From Brevinematales bacterium (GTDB lineage Bacteria; Spirochaetota; Brevinematia; Brevinematales; GWF1-51-8), in NCBI GenBank assembly GCA_020059465.1, contig JAGVBZ010000030.1:199976-263975 (forward strand): a stretch of DNA of 64,000 bases, given 5' to 3'. The position numbers and the translations under genes are program-made. Positions within the stretch are counted from its first letter, which is position 1; every line of letters starts with the position of its first letter. Below are positions 9,581-18,943 of the stretch, in pieces. The notes under the pieces were generated by a model that was not told the DNA's origin, did not search any database, and worked only from the letters and a program-made list of their open reading frames with translations.

Positions 9581-10687
9581 ATGTCAAAAGCCATCCTGAT
9601 GCTGACCAACGGCGAAACCTTCGAGGGTAAGGCGTTCGGGCATACCGGCGAAACATCCGGCGAAGTTGTATTCAACACCTCGATGACCGGATACCAGGAA
9701 ATCCTCACCGATCCGTCCTACAAGGGACAGATTGTCACTATGACCTATCCTCAGATCGGCAACTACGGCGTCAACCCCGAAGATACGGAATCCGACAAGC
9801 CGCAGGCGGCGGGATTTATTGTCCGCGAGTACTCCAAGACCTATTCCAATTGGCGCGCCACCGAATCGCTCGACAGTTACCTGAAACGTTACGGAATTGT
9901 CGGCATCGAGGGTATCGACACCCGGAAGTTGACGCGCATTCTCCGGATTACGGGTGCGATGAACGGTATCCTGTCGTCGGTCGATTTCAGTAAGGAAAGT
10001 CTCCGCGCCAAGCTCTCGCGTGTCCCGAATATGGTCGGCCTCGACCTCGCAAAACAAGTCACCATCGATAAACCGATGCAGTGGGGCGAACGGCATGCCG
10101 GGGCGTACCATGTGGTCGCGCTGCACGCCGGAATCAAAACCAATATACTGAGAATACTCAATCACAGAGGGTGCAATATTACGCTTGTCCCCGCGAACTA
10201 TACATCCGAACAGATTATGGCGCTCAATCCCGACGGGCTGTTCGTCTCCAACGGCCCCGGCGACCCGGAACCGGTCGATTACGCGATCACTGCGATCCGC
10301 GAATTGATCGGAAAAATCCCGATTTTCGGGATATGTCTCGGGCATGAACTGCTCGCGCTCGCTGTGGGCGGAAAATGCTTCAAGCTGAAGTTCGGGCACC
10401 GCGGCGCGAACCATCCGATCAAAGACCTCCGTAACGGTAAGGTCGAGATCGCGTCGCACAACCACGGGTTCGCGGTCGACCCCGACAGCCTCCCGGATAA
10501 TGTCGAGATCACGCATGTCAATATAAACGACCAGACGGTCGCAGGGCTTAGCCTCAGGGACGCCCCGGCCTACTCGGTGCAATACCATCCCGAAGCATCT
10601 CCCGGCCCCCACGACTCCCATTACCTCTTCGACGAGTTTCTCGAGGATATGCGGGAATGGAAAAATGCGGAAAAACAAAGAAGCTAA
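9581..10687 (+). CDS. carA: carbamoyl-phosphate synthase small (glutamine amidotransferase) subunit
   Basis: 368 aa. N-terminal MLTNGETFEGKAFG, TSMTGYQEILTDPSY, and the GATase triad context GICLGHELL ... HNHGF. No carB follows it. Confidence 0.93.
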   Translation: MSKAILMLTNGETFEGKAFGHTGETSGEVVFNTSMTGYQEILTDPSYKGQIVTMTYPQIGNYGVNPEDTESDKPQAAGFIVREYSKTYSNWRATESLDSYLKRYGIVGIEGIDTRKLTRILRITGAMNGILSSVDFSKESLRAKLSRVPNMVGLDLAKQVTIDKPMQWGERHAGAYHVVALHAGIKTNILRILNHRGCNITLVPANYTSEQIMALNPDGLFVSNGPGDPEPVDYAITAIRELIGKIPIFGICLGHELLALAVGGKCFKLKFGHRGANHPIKDLRNGKVEIASHNHGFAVDPDSLPDNVEITHVNINDQTVAGLSLRDAPAYSVQYHPEASPGPHDSHYLFDEFLEDMREWKNAEKQRS

Positions 10688-10731
10688 AAGATATTATAGA
10701 CAACCTTTAAAGGTTTATTACAGTTGTTTTC

Positions 10732-10818
10732 TTGTCACTGCGAGACGGGAAAAGTCGAAGCAGTCTATTTATTAAAAGATTGCTTCATTAATCCTCGCGG
10801 ATTAACTCGCAATGACAA
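10732..10818. repeat. REP-like imperfect inverted repeat (family 2 hairpin)
   Basis: Left arm ttgtcactgcgagacgggaaaagtcgaagcagtct (10732-10766). Right arm agattgcttcattaatcctcgcggattaactcgcaatgacaa (10777-10818). The ends pair: ttgtcaYtgcgag / ctcgcaRtgacaa and gaagcagtct / agattgcttc. Confidence 0.55.
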
Positions 10819-10871
10819 TTATTCCAACTCTCCGATGAATGAATGCGTTTCATTTTTATGGGAGATAATCG

Positions 10872-11693
10872 ATGCCATACTTAAAATTCACCCTACTTTT
10901 CACTCTCATACTCTCGTTTATCCTTTCCTGCAACAAACAAGACGGACAGACCGCCGTTAACAATATCCCCGCCCGTGTAGTCAGCCTCGCGCCGTCATTG
11001 ACGGAAATGATGTTCGCTATCGGCGAGGGTGACCGTGTGGTGGGTGTGACATCATACTGCGATTATCCCCCGGATGTTACCAACCTGCCGAAGGTAGGCG
11101 GATTGAGCGACTTCGATATAGAGAAGACTGTCTCGCTGAAACCGGACTTAGTGCTCGCGTCATGGTCGGGCAACCCGAAGGACAAGGTCGAGCGCCTCAA
11201 AAGTATGGGCATCCGGGTGCTCGTCCTCCGGGAGAACAGCGTCGCGGATATCATGACCAATCTCGCGCGGCTCGCGGAGGTATTTGGGAAAGACCCCGCC
11301 GGTATCCTCGCCCCCTTCCATGAGAAACTATCGTCATTGGCAGTGATCGGCAAAATTCCATCCGCGATGGCGGTCATCTCGATCAAGCCCGTGTTCAGCG
11401 TATCGACCCAAAGCTTTATCGGGGACGTGCTCCGGATCGCGGGATACAGCAATACGGTACAGTCGGCGGCGGCATACCCGATGCTCTCCGAGGAAATGAT
11501 CGCCGCGATGAACCCGGACTACCTTTTTATCGCGGACGATTTTGCCGGAGAGAAGCCATATTTCGAAAACCTGATAAAAATATTCCGCCTGCATTCTAAA
11601 ATTGTTTTTATCGACACCGACATTCTGTCCCGTCCCGGGCCGAGGATCGCCGGGCTGATTATCGAATTGTCGAAGCTGAAGGAGGGAAAATGA
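10872..11693 (+). CDS. ABC-transporter periplasmic binding lipoprotein, BtuF/FhuD-like (cobalamin or iron-chelate)
   Basis: Lipobox FILSCN. RVVSLAPSLTEMMFAIGEGDRVVGVTSYCDYP is the characteristic N-terminal motif of BtuF-like binding proteins. Confidence 0.8.
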   Translation: MPYLKFTLLFTLILSFILSCNKQDGQTAVNNIPARVVSLAPSLTEMMFAIGEGDRVVGVTSYCDYPPDVTNLPKVGGLSDFDIEKTVSLKPDLVLASWSGNPKDKVERLKSMGIRVLVLRENSVADIMTNLARLAEVFGKDPAGILAPFHEKLSSLAVIGKIPSAMAVISIKPVFSVSTQSFIGDVLRIAGYSNTVQSAAAYPMLSEEMIAAMNPDYLFIADDFAGEKPYFENLIKIFRLHSKIVFIDTDILSRPGPRIAGLIIELSKLKEGK

Positions 11694-12157
11694 GAAAACC
11701 TAAGATCGGGCGCTATATCAGACTGCTCGGACTCATTTTGTTTCTGGCAGCATGCGATATCCTGCTACTTTTTCCTATTCCCGGAAACATGCTCCCTGCG
11801 GCAATAATACTGATAGTCCTTCTCGCAGTGACCGGCGTAATCTCGTTTAAGCTGGTGCGGGAAATCCGCCGGCCGGACGAAAATGTACAGGAGACCGAGG
11901 ACGATATCACCTCACAACTCAGGCGCGGAATCGGATGGGGCGTATTTCACCTGATTTGGCTGACAGTGGGGCTTGGTATTATGCTCTGGCTGAAAATCGT
12001 CATGCATCTTCCCGATCCGTCAATCGCGGAAGTTACAATTCCGTTTGCAGTATTCGCGGGGATTGTCGGGATCGCAATTATTGTCACTGTTATCCGAATA
12101 GTATTGAATGTCGGGCGGATGAAGAAAAATGCATCGGGTAAGCATAAAAAGGAATAA
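11690..12157 (+). CDS. integral membrane protein, unknown function
   Basis: ATGA overlap with the preceding gene. Four hydrophobic segments. No motif recognised. Confidence 0.5.
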   Translation: MRKPKIGRYIRLLGLILFLAACDILLLFPIPGNMLPAAIILIVLLAVTGVISFKLVREIRRPDENVQETEDDITSQLRRGIGWGVFHLIWLTVGLGIMLWLKIVMHLPDPSIAEVTIPFAVFAGIVGIAIIVTVIRIVLNVGRMKKNASGKHKKE

Positions 12158-12165
12158 AATCTATT

Positions 12166-12543
12166 TCATTTCCTGCGATATAGATCGAATACTTTATCGG
12201 TATAAAGAAATTCTATTTCTTCGGCTACGCATTGCGCATAGATAAGACGGTCGAACGGATCGTTATGATGGAACGGTAAAGAATAGAGAGTTTTCAGATG
12301 CGCGGGAGTCACTGAAAGAATAGACCATTCATCCGAGCTTTCAATGAGGCTCAGGGTATTTTCGAAGCCGCGTTTCAGTTCAAGTTTGCCGATAGCAGAT
12401 TTTATAGCGATTTCCCATAATGAAGCAATACTGATAAATATTACATTGGATTCGGAAGAGATTGTATGAATAAAACTTTCTGAAAGTCTTGAGTCCCCGT
12501 CTAAATACCAAAGAAGAATATTGGTATCAGGAAGGTATTTCAT
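12166..12543 (-). CDS. vapC: PIN-domain ribonuclease toxin (VapC-type)
   Basis: 125 aa. MKYLPDTNILLWYL (first PIN acidic residue), SIASLWEIAIK, HHNDPFDRLI. 4-nt overlap with the upstream antitoxin gene. Confidence 0.85.
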   Translation of the reverse strand: MKYLPDTNILLWYLDGDSRLSESFIHTISSESNVIFISIASLWEIAIKSAIGKLELKRGFENTLSLIESSDEWSILSVTPAHLKTLYSLPFHHNDPFDRLIYAQCVAEEIEFLYTDKVFDLYRRK

Positions 12544-12767
12544 TTAGTATATTCCTGAAAACTTTCCAACGGCGCGTCGAAATCATCCGCCATCTTAATC
12601 TCGCCCCGTAATGCACCGTATAAATTTTTCCTTGAAGAACCCCCTTCCTTTCCGGAAGTTTTTTCTATGATAACATTAATCTCCCCGTCTTCAATCGGGA
12701 CGGGTTCTTTCAGTTTAATCGTATCGTGATCCGAGAGTTCACCTTTTAATACAAAGGCCGTTTTCAT
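12540..12767 (-). CDS. antitoxin partner of the PIN toxin
   Basis: Start moved to the ATG at 12767 (MKTAFVLKG), about 6 nt after GAGGAG (rc of 12773-12778). The track start would translate the RBS itself. Small acidic protein overlapping vapC by 4 nt. Confidence 0.7.
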   Translation of the reverse strand: MKTAFVLKGELSDHDTIKLKEPVPIEDGEINVIIEKTSGKEGGSSRKNLYGALRGEIKMADDFDAPLESFQEYTK

Positions 12768-12823
12768 AACACTCTCCTCATTCACATCAATCGGGCGGTT
12801 TTACAGCAGCTCAAAAATCCGCT

Positions 12824-13468
12824 CTATTTCTTCCCCGCCGCGCGCAGACGTTCGCGGGCGTTCATTAACGCGGCGGCGATCGCGTCAAACTCGCCGCGTT
12901 TGATCTGTTCCTTATTGAATACGGTTTCGCCCATCCCGACCGCGATTGCCCCCGCCGCGAGGAACTGCAATCCGTAGATCAGATCGATCCCGCCTGTCGG
13001 CAGCATATCTACAAACGGCATCGGGCCGCGTATCGCCTTGAGATATCCGGGGGTCACCGCGCTCGATGGGAAGAGTTTCACAATATCCGAACCCGCTTTG
13101 TGAACCGTATATATCTCGGTCGGTGTAAACGCCGCGAGCATCAGGAGCTTATCCTCGCCCTTGACCGCGTCGACAAGGTTCAGCGCGGCAATAGGACTGA
13201 CAATAAAATCGGCTCCGTTCTTAATCGCGGCTTTCGCGTCGTCGGCATGGAATACCGTGCCCAGCCCGAATACCAGGTCGGGAAATTTCGCCTTCAACGC
13301 GGGGATCTCGTCGATTACGCCGGGAATTGTCATCGTGAATTCGATCACCTTGATCCCGGATTGCTGCACCGCGCGGGTAACCCCTTCCAGTTCTTTCGCG
13401 CTGTCTGTACGAAGGATGGGTACGACCCGTTCCGAACGTACGAGTTCCTTTAGTTCTTTTGAATTCAT
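12824..13468 (-). CDS. eda: KDPG / 4-hydroxy-2-oxoglutarate aldolase
   Basis: 214 aa. VVPILRTD, IKVIEFTMT, VFGLGTV and FIVSP...KLFP fit the Eda aldolase family pattern. Confidence 0.85.
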   Translation of the reverse strand: MNSKELKELVRSERVVPILRTDSAKELEGVTRAVQQSGIKVIEFTMTIPGVIDEIPALKAKFPDLVFGLGTVFHADDAKAAIKNGADFIVSPIAALNLVDAVKGEDKLLMLAAFTPTEIYTVHKAGSDIVKLFPSSAVTPGYLKAIRGPMPFVDMLPTGGIDLIYGLQFLAAGAIAVGMGETVFNKEQIKRGEFDAIAAALMNARERLRAAGKK

Positions 13469-13474
13469 ATTTAC

Positions 13475-15070
13475 CTACAGTTTGATTACTTTCAGTTTCT
13501 TGATCGCATCTATCGATTCCAGTTCCTTCCGGACTTTATCGCTGATCTCGGAATCGATATGCACCATCGACAGCGCGAGCTTGGTCTTGGGGTCTCTGCC
13601 CAGCATCAGACCCGCGATATTGACGCTGTTATTGCCCAATACAGTACCGACCTTTCCGACAACGCCGGGTTTGTCGTCGTTATAGATGAACAGGAAAATC
13701 CCCTCTGGTTTCAGTTCGAAGAAGTAATCGTTGAACTTCACGATCTTGGCGACATTGCTCGAATAGACGCATCCCCAGAGTTCCATAGTCTCCTTATTGG
13801 TACGGACTGTCAGACGGATCAGGTTCGTATATTCGCTGGAGAAATCGGGGTCTTTCTTCTCGACCACGCTGATTCCCTGCGACTGCGACATAGATACCGC
13901 ATTGACATAATTCACCGATTCGCCCATATAGCTCTGGAAAAGCCCTTTCAGCGCGGCGCGGGTCAGGAGGGAAACGTCCTTATGCGAAATATCGCCCTCG
14001 TAGCTCACCGTAACTTCCTCGACCTGACCTTCCACAACCTGTGAAATAAGCGAACCCAGACTTTCCGCGAGCTTGATATAAACCTTGAATTCCTCGAATA
14101 GCTCTTTATTGATAGAAGGCATATTCATCGAATTGACGATCACGCCGTGCACAAGGAAATTCGCTACTGTTTCGGCGCTCTCCATCGCAACATTAAACTG
14201 CGCCTCTTCGGTCGACGCGCCCAGATGAGGCACGGTTACCAGATTGGGGGCGTCGAGAAGCGGGCTGCGCGGCTCGAACGGGGGTTCCTTGGAATACACG
14301 TCCACAGCCGCTCCAGCGATAACCCCTTCCTTCAACGCGTCGGCCAGCGCCTGTTCGCTGATAATCTCGCCGCGCGCGGCGTTCACAATACGAAGGGATT
14401 TTTTCATCATCGCGAACTGTTCCTTTCCGATCATACCCCGGGTCTGGTCGGTTAACGGTGTATGAATAGTAATAAAATCGCTTTCTTTATAAATACGGTT
14501 GAGATCCGATAAAACAATCCCCAAATCGTTTGCGCGTTCTTCGGAAAGATACGGGTCGAAACCGAGCACATTCATCTCGAACGCCCTTGCGCGCTTAGAT
14601 ACCTCGGCGCCGATTCGGCCGAGACCGATAACTCCGAGAGTCTTGCCCTTCAGTTCGATTCCGTTGAATTTCGAGCGTTCCCACTTGCCTTCCTTCATCG
14701 ACGCGTAGGCGAACGGGATCTTGCGGGCGAGCGAAATAATCAGGGCGAACGCGAGTTCCGCGGTCGATATGGTGTTGCCCATCGGGGCGTTCATCACGAC
14801 AATTCCCTTCGCGGTCGCCGCGGGAATATCGATATTATCGACACCTACCCCGGCGCGGGAGATTACCTTGAGATTGTCAGCCGCTTCGATGATATCTTTT
14901 TTCATCTTGGTGGCGCTGCGGACTATTATCGCGTCATAGTTCTTGATATCGGCCTTCAGTTCTTCTGGCCCCATCGTGTCCTTCTCGATTACTTCAATCT
15001 CTTTATACTTCTTCAGTATATCGATTCCCTCTTTTTCGAGTTTGTCGGTTACCAGTACTTTGAATTTCAT
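13475..15070 (-). CDS. serA: D-3-phosphoglycerate dehydrogenase with C-terminal ACT domain
   Basis: 531 aa. NAD-binding [12 protein letters not shown], catalytic-region NAARG and HLGAST, C-terminal ACT-like [19 protein letters not shown]. Confidence 0.93.
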   Translation of the reverse strand: MKFKVLVTDKLEKEGIDILKKYKEIEVIEKDTMGPEELKADIKNYDAIIVRSATKMKKDIIEAADNLKVISRAGVGVDNIDIPAATAKGIVVMNAPMGNTISTAELAFALIISLARKIPFAYASMKEGKWERSKFNGIELKGKTLGVIGLGRIGAEVSKRARAFEMNVLGFDPYLSEERANDLGIVLSDLNRIYKESDFITIHTPLTDQTRGMIGKEQFAMMKKSLRIVNAARGEIISEQALADALKEGVIAGAAVDVYSKEPPFEPRSPLLDAPNLVTVPHLGASTEEAQFNVAMESAETVANFLVHGVIVNSMNMPSINKELFEEFKVYIKLAESLGSLISQVVEGQVEEVTVSYEGDISHKDVSLLTRAALKGLFQSYMGESVNYVNAVSMSQSQGISVVEKKDPDFSSEYTNLIRLTVRTNKETMELWGCVYSSNVAKIVKFNDYFFELKPEGIFLFIYNDDKPGVVGKVGTVLGNNSVNIAGLMLGRDPKTKLALSMVHIDSEISDKVRKELESIDAIKKLKVIKL

Positions 15071-15130
15071 CTATTACTCCTTGCATTTTTTACGTTTGGC
15101 GGATAATTTTAAAATAAAACGATGAAAAAA

Positions 15131-16075
15131 TCAAAATTCAAAAAATAACAGCATCTCGTTGCCGATTTTATTGAAGAAAAAGGCCTCGGAAAACTTCTTC
15201 ATAATATAGATACCTCGCCCGGAAATCCTATCCAGCGATTCGTTTCCCATCGGCACCGTGATATTCTCCACATCGAAACCCTCGCCCATATCGCGCACCC
15301 ACAGACGCATCCCCTTGTAGCCGATCTCGTAGCTCAGAACTACCGACTTCGTGTAGTCAAGCCCGTTCCCATAAGTGATTGCGTTTACCAGCGCCTCGTG
15401 AAGAACGGTCTCTATCTTCCATATTTTATCGTAATGATACTTGAGCACTTTATTCTTGACCAGATCGATTGTCATCGACACAGCGTTAAGTGTGGATTTT
15501 ATCGTGATCGTATTGGATTCGTTAGCGGAGTGGTCGAATACGCCGAGAACCCGCCCGTCGACCTTATGCTTTTTCATCAATGCGGTCAGGTCGCTTAACA
15601 AGCCGTATGAAATCCGAGAATCGGAGTATAGAGGCGCGATAACAGCATGCAGCGCGTCATTCGTCAGGGGTTTATCGAACTGCAGAATGGTATCGTCAAA
15701 ATCCAGCTTGCACTTTTCGGGAGTTCCTTCTGCGATTATCTTGTACTTTTTTTCCTTTCGTTTGACCATCACCCAGAAAAAGTTGACACAGCGGACGGGA
15801 TTGATATAACCATCGAGCGGATACATCGATACGACATCGGAACGCGCGGGATCGCCTGAAAATACGTCCTGTCCCGCCTTCATCATTTCATCCAGTGTCT
15901 CAACCTGCTGGACATGGGGAAATTTTTTATCGACTCCCACTGTCAGGGCGTGGGGGTAATGAATATTGATCGGATTACAGAGCGATTCGCATTCGTGATT
16001 GAACGTTATCCAGATATCTTTAGTACAGGAATAATCACAAATCTGCGTCTTGATAGGTACACTAAATTTTTTCAT
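15131..16075 (-). CDS. RsbW/SpoIIAB-type anti-sigma Ser-kinase-like ATPase domain with unrecognised N-terminal domain
   Basis: C-terminal HATPase-like HEALVNAITYG ... VRDMGEGFD ... GRGIYIMKKF. The N-terminal ~200 aa carries CDYSC...HECESLC. ATG at 16075 (MKKFSVPIK) overlaps the neuB stop by 14 nt. Confidence 0.65.
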   Translation of the reverse strand: MKKFSVPIKTQICDYSCTKDIWITFNHECESLCNPINIHYPHALTVGVDKKFPHVQQVETLDEMMKAGQDVFSGDPARSDVVSMYPLDGYINPVRCVNFFWVMVKRKEKKYKIIAEGTPEKCKLDFDDTILQFDKPLTNDALHAVIAPLYSDSRISYGLLSDLTALMKKHKVDGRVLGVFDHSANESNTITIKSTLNAVSMTIDLVKNKVLKYHYDKIWKIETVLHEALVNAITYGNGLDYTKSVVLSYEIGYKGMRLWVRDMGEGFDVENITVPMGNESLDRISGRGIYIMKKFSEAFFFNKIGNEMLLFFEF

Positions 16076-17042
16076 TTTCAGCGATATCCTTATCGACAAT
16101 TTTACCGATCCTCGACAAATACTCCTCCATCGGAATACCGTCGCCCGGCCTTAGTAACGCAATATCGTCCTTTCCTAAACGACTGCCCGAAGGGATATCC
16201 CGTTTCGCATACATCCCCCGCATCGACAGCCCGCGAATCTTTTGCTCAAAATCGGTAATCTTTTTTTCGCCCGGCCCAATCGCCTGTTCGACCTCGCGTA
16301 CCGCGCGTACCAGTTCGGAAAACTTCGCCTGATCCAGCGAAATCGCGTGATCGGCGCCCGTCCAATTATTATCGATAGTAAAATGCCGTTCGATCATCCG
16401 CGCGCCCAGCGCCACGGCGGCGATCGAAAAATAGTTATTCAAACTGTGGTCGGAAAACCCTACGGGTAATCCGTACTTTTTATACAATACCGGGATAAAA
16501 TTCAAATCGAAATCGTCCTTTCCCGCCGGGTACTTCGATACGCAGTACAGAAGCGCGGTTTTTTTCGCATCCAGTATCGAAACGGCGCGGCCGATTGTGT
16601 CCAAATCCGCAAATCCGGTGGAAAGTATCGCCGGGATACCCAGTTCCCTGATACGGTATAATAACGGTTCGGTTGTGATATCTGAACTCGCGATCTTGAC
16701 CGCGTTCACCGACAGCCCGTGGAGAAACTCTAAAGAATCCATATCCAGCGGGGTGGCGAAAAAACCGATCCCTACCCTTTCTGAAAATTCCTTCAGTTCC
16801 CGGAAATCGCCGTACGAGAGTTCGTACTCCTTGAAAATCCGGAAACCGTCGGGCTGCAGCGCCCGGTTATAAAAATTCTCCGTTCTATAAACCTGAAACT
16901 TCACCGCGTCGGCGCCGCATTCCTTCGCCGCCTCGATGAGACGCTTTGCCTGCTCAGGATTACCGTTATGGTTGATCCCGATTTCCGCGGCTATTACAAC
17001 AGGACCTGCGCCGCCTGTAAAAAGGCGTTCAAGCGGTTCCAT
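16062..17042 (-). CDS. neuB: NeuB-family nonulosonic (sialic/pseudaminic/legionaminic) acid synthase
   Basis: 326 aa. AAEIGINHNG, GADAVKFQ, FSDHS, and a C-terminal SAF domain (MYAKRDIPSGSRLGKDDIALLRPG). Confidence 0.88.
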   Translation of the reverse strand: MEPLERLFTGGAGPVVIAAEIGINHNGNPEQAKRLIEAAKECGADAVKFQVYRTENFYNRALQPDGFRIFKEYELSYGDFRELKEFSERVGIGFFATPLDMDSLEFLHGLSVNAVKIASSDITTEPLLYRIRELGIPAILSTGFADLDTIGRAVSILDAKKTALLYCVSKYPAGKDDFDLNFIPVLYKKYGLPVGFSDHSLNNYFSIAAVALGARMIERHFTIDNNWTGADHAISLDQAKFSELVRAVREVEQAIGPGEKKITDFEQKIRGLSMRGMYAKRDIPSGSRLGKDDIALLRPGDGIPMEEYLSRIGKIVDKDIAENEKI

Positions 17043-17044
17043 TC

Positions 17045-17659
17045 TTATTTTTTAGCGGACAACAGCGAGTTTACATTTCCCATGTTCTTATACAATCCCT
17101 GCGCGGTCGAAATATCGAGAACACTCATGATGCTCTCCATATTCTTATCGGGCGTGTATCCCGCAAACACCTCGAGATTCTCGCGTTTTACCAGATAGCC
17201 CGCAATCTGTTTTCTGCTCTCATCCATCTTCGACTGCATGGAATTGATTTCTTTCGATACGTTCATCTTCAGGGTATAAAGCGACTTCTCATCGTCGACT
17301 TTTGTGCTGAGAAAACCGATGACCGCCTGCCCCTCGAATTTCGTGGAACTGACGATCGCGTTCATCTTTCGGGATACTCCCTGCCAGTCGATTTTTTCAG
17401 GATCCTGCCCGTCCATCGAAGATATCAGGGACTGCATATCGTTCAGACCCTTTACGCCGATATCGTTCTTCATATAATCTTTCTGGACTTCCTGCAGACG
17501 GAGCATGTCCTTCTCTAAGTTCTTTTCAAATGCGAAACTGTCTTCCCCAACCTGCATACCGTTACCGGATTTTTCGGAAACCGCGGGCGATTTGAATTTT
17601 GACTTCTCATAAAGCGCCGTCAGGTTTACATTGCCGGTAATCACATCCTTGATATTCAT
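17045..17659 (-). CDS. hypothetical protein (weak, unverified flagellin-like sequence pattern)
   Basis: 204-aa ORF whose stop codon lies 2 nt before the neuB start. STKFEGQAVIG and the C-terminal ...NVNSLLSAKK faintly recall the flagellin N/C helices. No signal peptide. Confidence 0.45.
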   Translation of the reverse strand: MNIKDVITGNVNLTALYEKSKFKSPAVSEKSGNGMQVGEDSFAFEKNLEKDMLRLQEVQKDYMKNDIGVKGLNDMQSLISSMDGQDPEKIDWQGVSRKMNAIVSSTKFEGQAVIGFLSTKVDDEKSLYTLKMNVSKEINSMQSKMDESRKQIAGYLVKRENLEVFAGYTPDKNMESIMSVLDISTAQGLYKNMGNVNSLLSAKK

Positions 17660-17746
17660 TGTCCCCTCCTACATTTCAAAGATACAGATTTCCCAATTCT
17701 TGAAATATTATAAGGTAAAATAAAAAAATTGAAAAGGTTTTTATGA

Positions 17747-18919
17747 TTATTCTGAAGAAAATCCTTCCTGAATGATGTTTTCCAGTTCGCGTACCTGCAT
17801 TTTCGGACGGATTTCATTCTGCGCGGAAATGTTCAGGAGGATGCCGACCCCCACCGCCATCATCAGCATCGACGATCCGCCGTAACTGATGAAGGGAAGC
17901 GAGACCCCTGTGGTCGGGATAATCCCGGTGGCTATCGCCATATTCAGGATCGCATGGAGGGTGATCAGCGAGACAATCCCGAAGGCGAGTAATTGGCCGA
18001 ACTTATCCTTACAGTTGACCGCGATCATCATACCCCGGATAAAGAAGAGAAAGAACGCCGACATCAGAATCACCGCGCCGAGAATTCCCGTCTCTTCCGC
18101 GATGATGGAAAAGATAAAATCGGTGTGCGGTGTGGGAAGTTTTTTTATCTTCTGGACACTGTTCCCGAGGCCTAACCCGAGCAGCCCGCCGTTGACAAAA
18201 GCCTGCTGGGACTGGATGATATGATAGCCTTTTCCGGACGGATCGTCCCAAGGGTTCAGATAGGCGAAGATGCGGTCGAGACGGTATGCTACCCGCACTA
18301 TGAACATCACCATCACCGGTACGCTCAGTAAAAGTATAGAAAGGAGATGTTTGACCGATGCGCCCCCGATAAAGAACATGATCATCGCAACTAAAAGGAG
18401 AAGAACCGCGGTCGAAAAGCCGGACTGCATGAGAATAATGAAAAAGATAACTGCGACTAAAAGCAGCGGGGGAAGGATTCCGAAGGTGAAATCCTCGAGT
18501 TTGGACTGTTTTTTAGCAAGGATATATGAAAGATAGATTATCACCGATATCTTCGCGAGTTCGGAGGGGTTAAACAGGAAAAGGCGGAAATCGATCCAAC
18601 GGCGCGCGCCGCCGCTGTATTTACCGATACCCGGGATAAACACCGCGGCTAAAAGCAGTATGGTAATAATGACTATCGGTTTGACGAAATCTTTCAGACG
18701 GGTATAGTCGAACATCATGAAAAAAATCAGCGCGCCCATTGTCGGCAGCGCCCAGACTGCCTGCCGGATAAAGAAATAATAGGGACTCACCTCGTAGGTC
18801 TTGGCGGCGTAGAAACTCGCGCTCATCACAAAGATGATACCCAGAAGTATCATCCCCAGTACGCAGAAGAAGATGACACGATCCATCCGTTCCCATATCG
18901 TTCCGCCGACCGTTCCCAA
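17747..18919 (-). CDS. FtsW/RodA/SpoVE (SEDS) family peptidoglycan glycosyltransferase
   Basis: 390 aa, about 10 TM segments. SEDS motifs RWIDF..F.FNPSELAK, LPTPHTDFIFSIIAEE and SYGGSSM. Confidence 0.9.
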   Translation of the reverse strand: MGTVGGTIWERMDRVIFFCVLGMILLGIIFVMSASFYAAKTYEVSPYYFFIRQAVWALPTMGALIFFMMFDYTRLKDFVKPIVIITILLLAAVFIPGIGKYSGGARRWIDFRLFLFNPSELAKISVIIYLSYILAKKQSKLEDFTFGILPPLLLVAVIFFIILMQSGFSTAVLLLLVAMIMFFIGGASVKHLLSILLLSVPVMVMFIVRVAYRLDRIFAYLNPWDDPSGKGYHIIQSQQAFVNGGLLGLGLGNSVQKIKKLPTPHTDFIFSIIAEETGILGAVILMSAFFLFFIRGMMIAVNCKDKFGQLLAFGIVSLITLHAILNMAIATGIIPTTGVSLPFISYGGSSMLMMAVGVGILLNISAQNEIRPKMQVRELENIIQEGFSSE

Positions 18920-18943
18920 CTTCGCTCCCCTCAGGCGGACAGT

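Noticed and set aside
9584-10678. 364-aa ORF antisense to carA
   Set aside because: carA on the + strand has unmistakable motifs. The antisense product is R/G/V-rich with no motif, which is typical of shadow ORFs in GC-rich coding DNA.
10688-10871. Cobalamin riboswitch upstream of the BtuF-like binding-protein gene
   Set aside because: The leader consists of the REP-like hairpin. I could not find the conserved B12-box (GCCACTG-like) or the surrounding riboswitch core.
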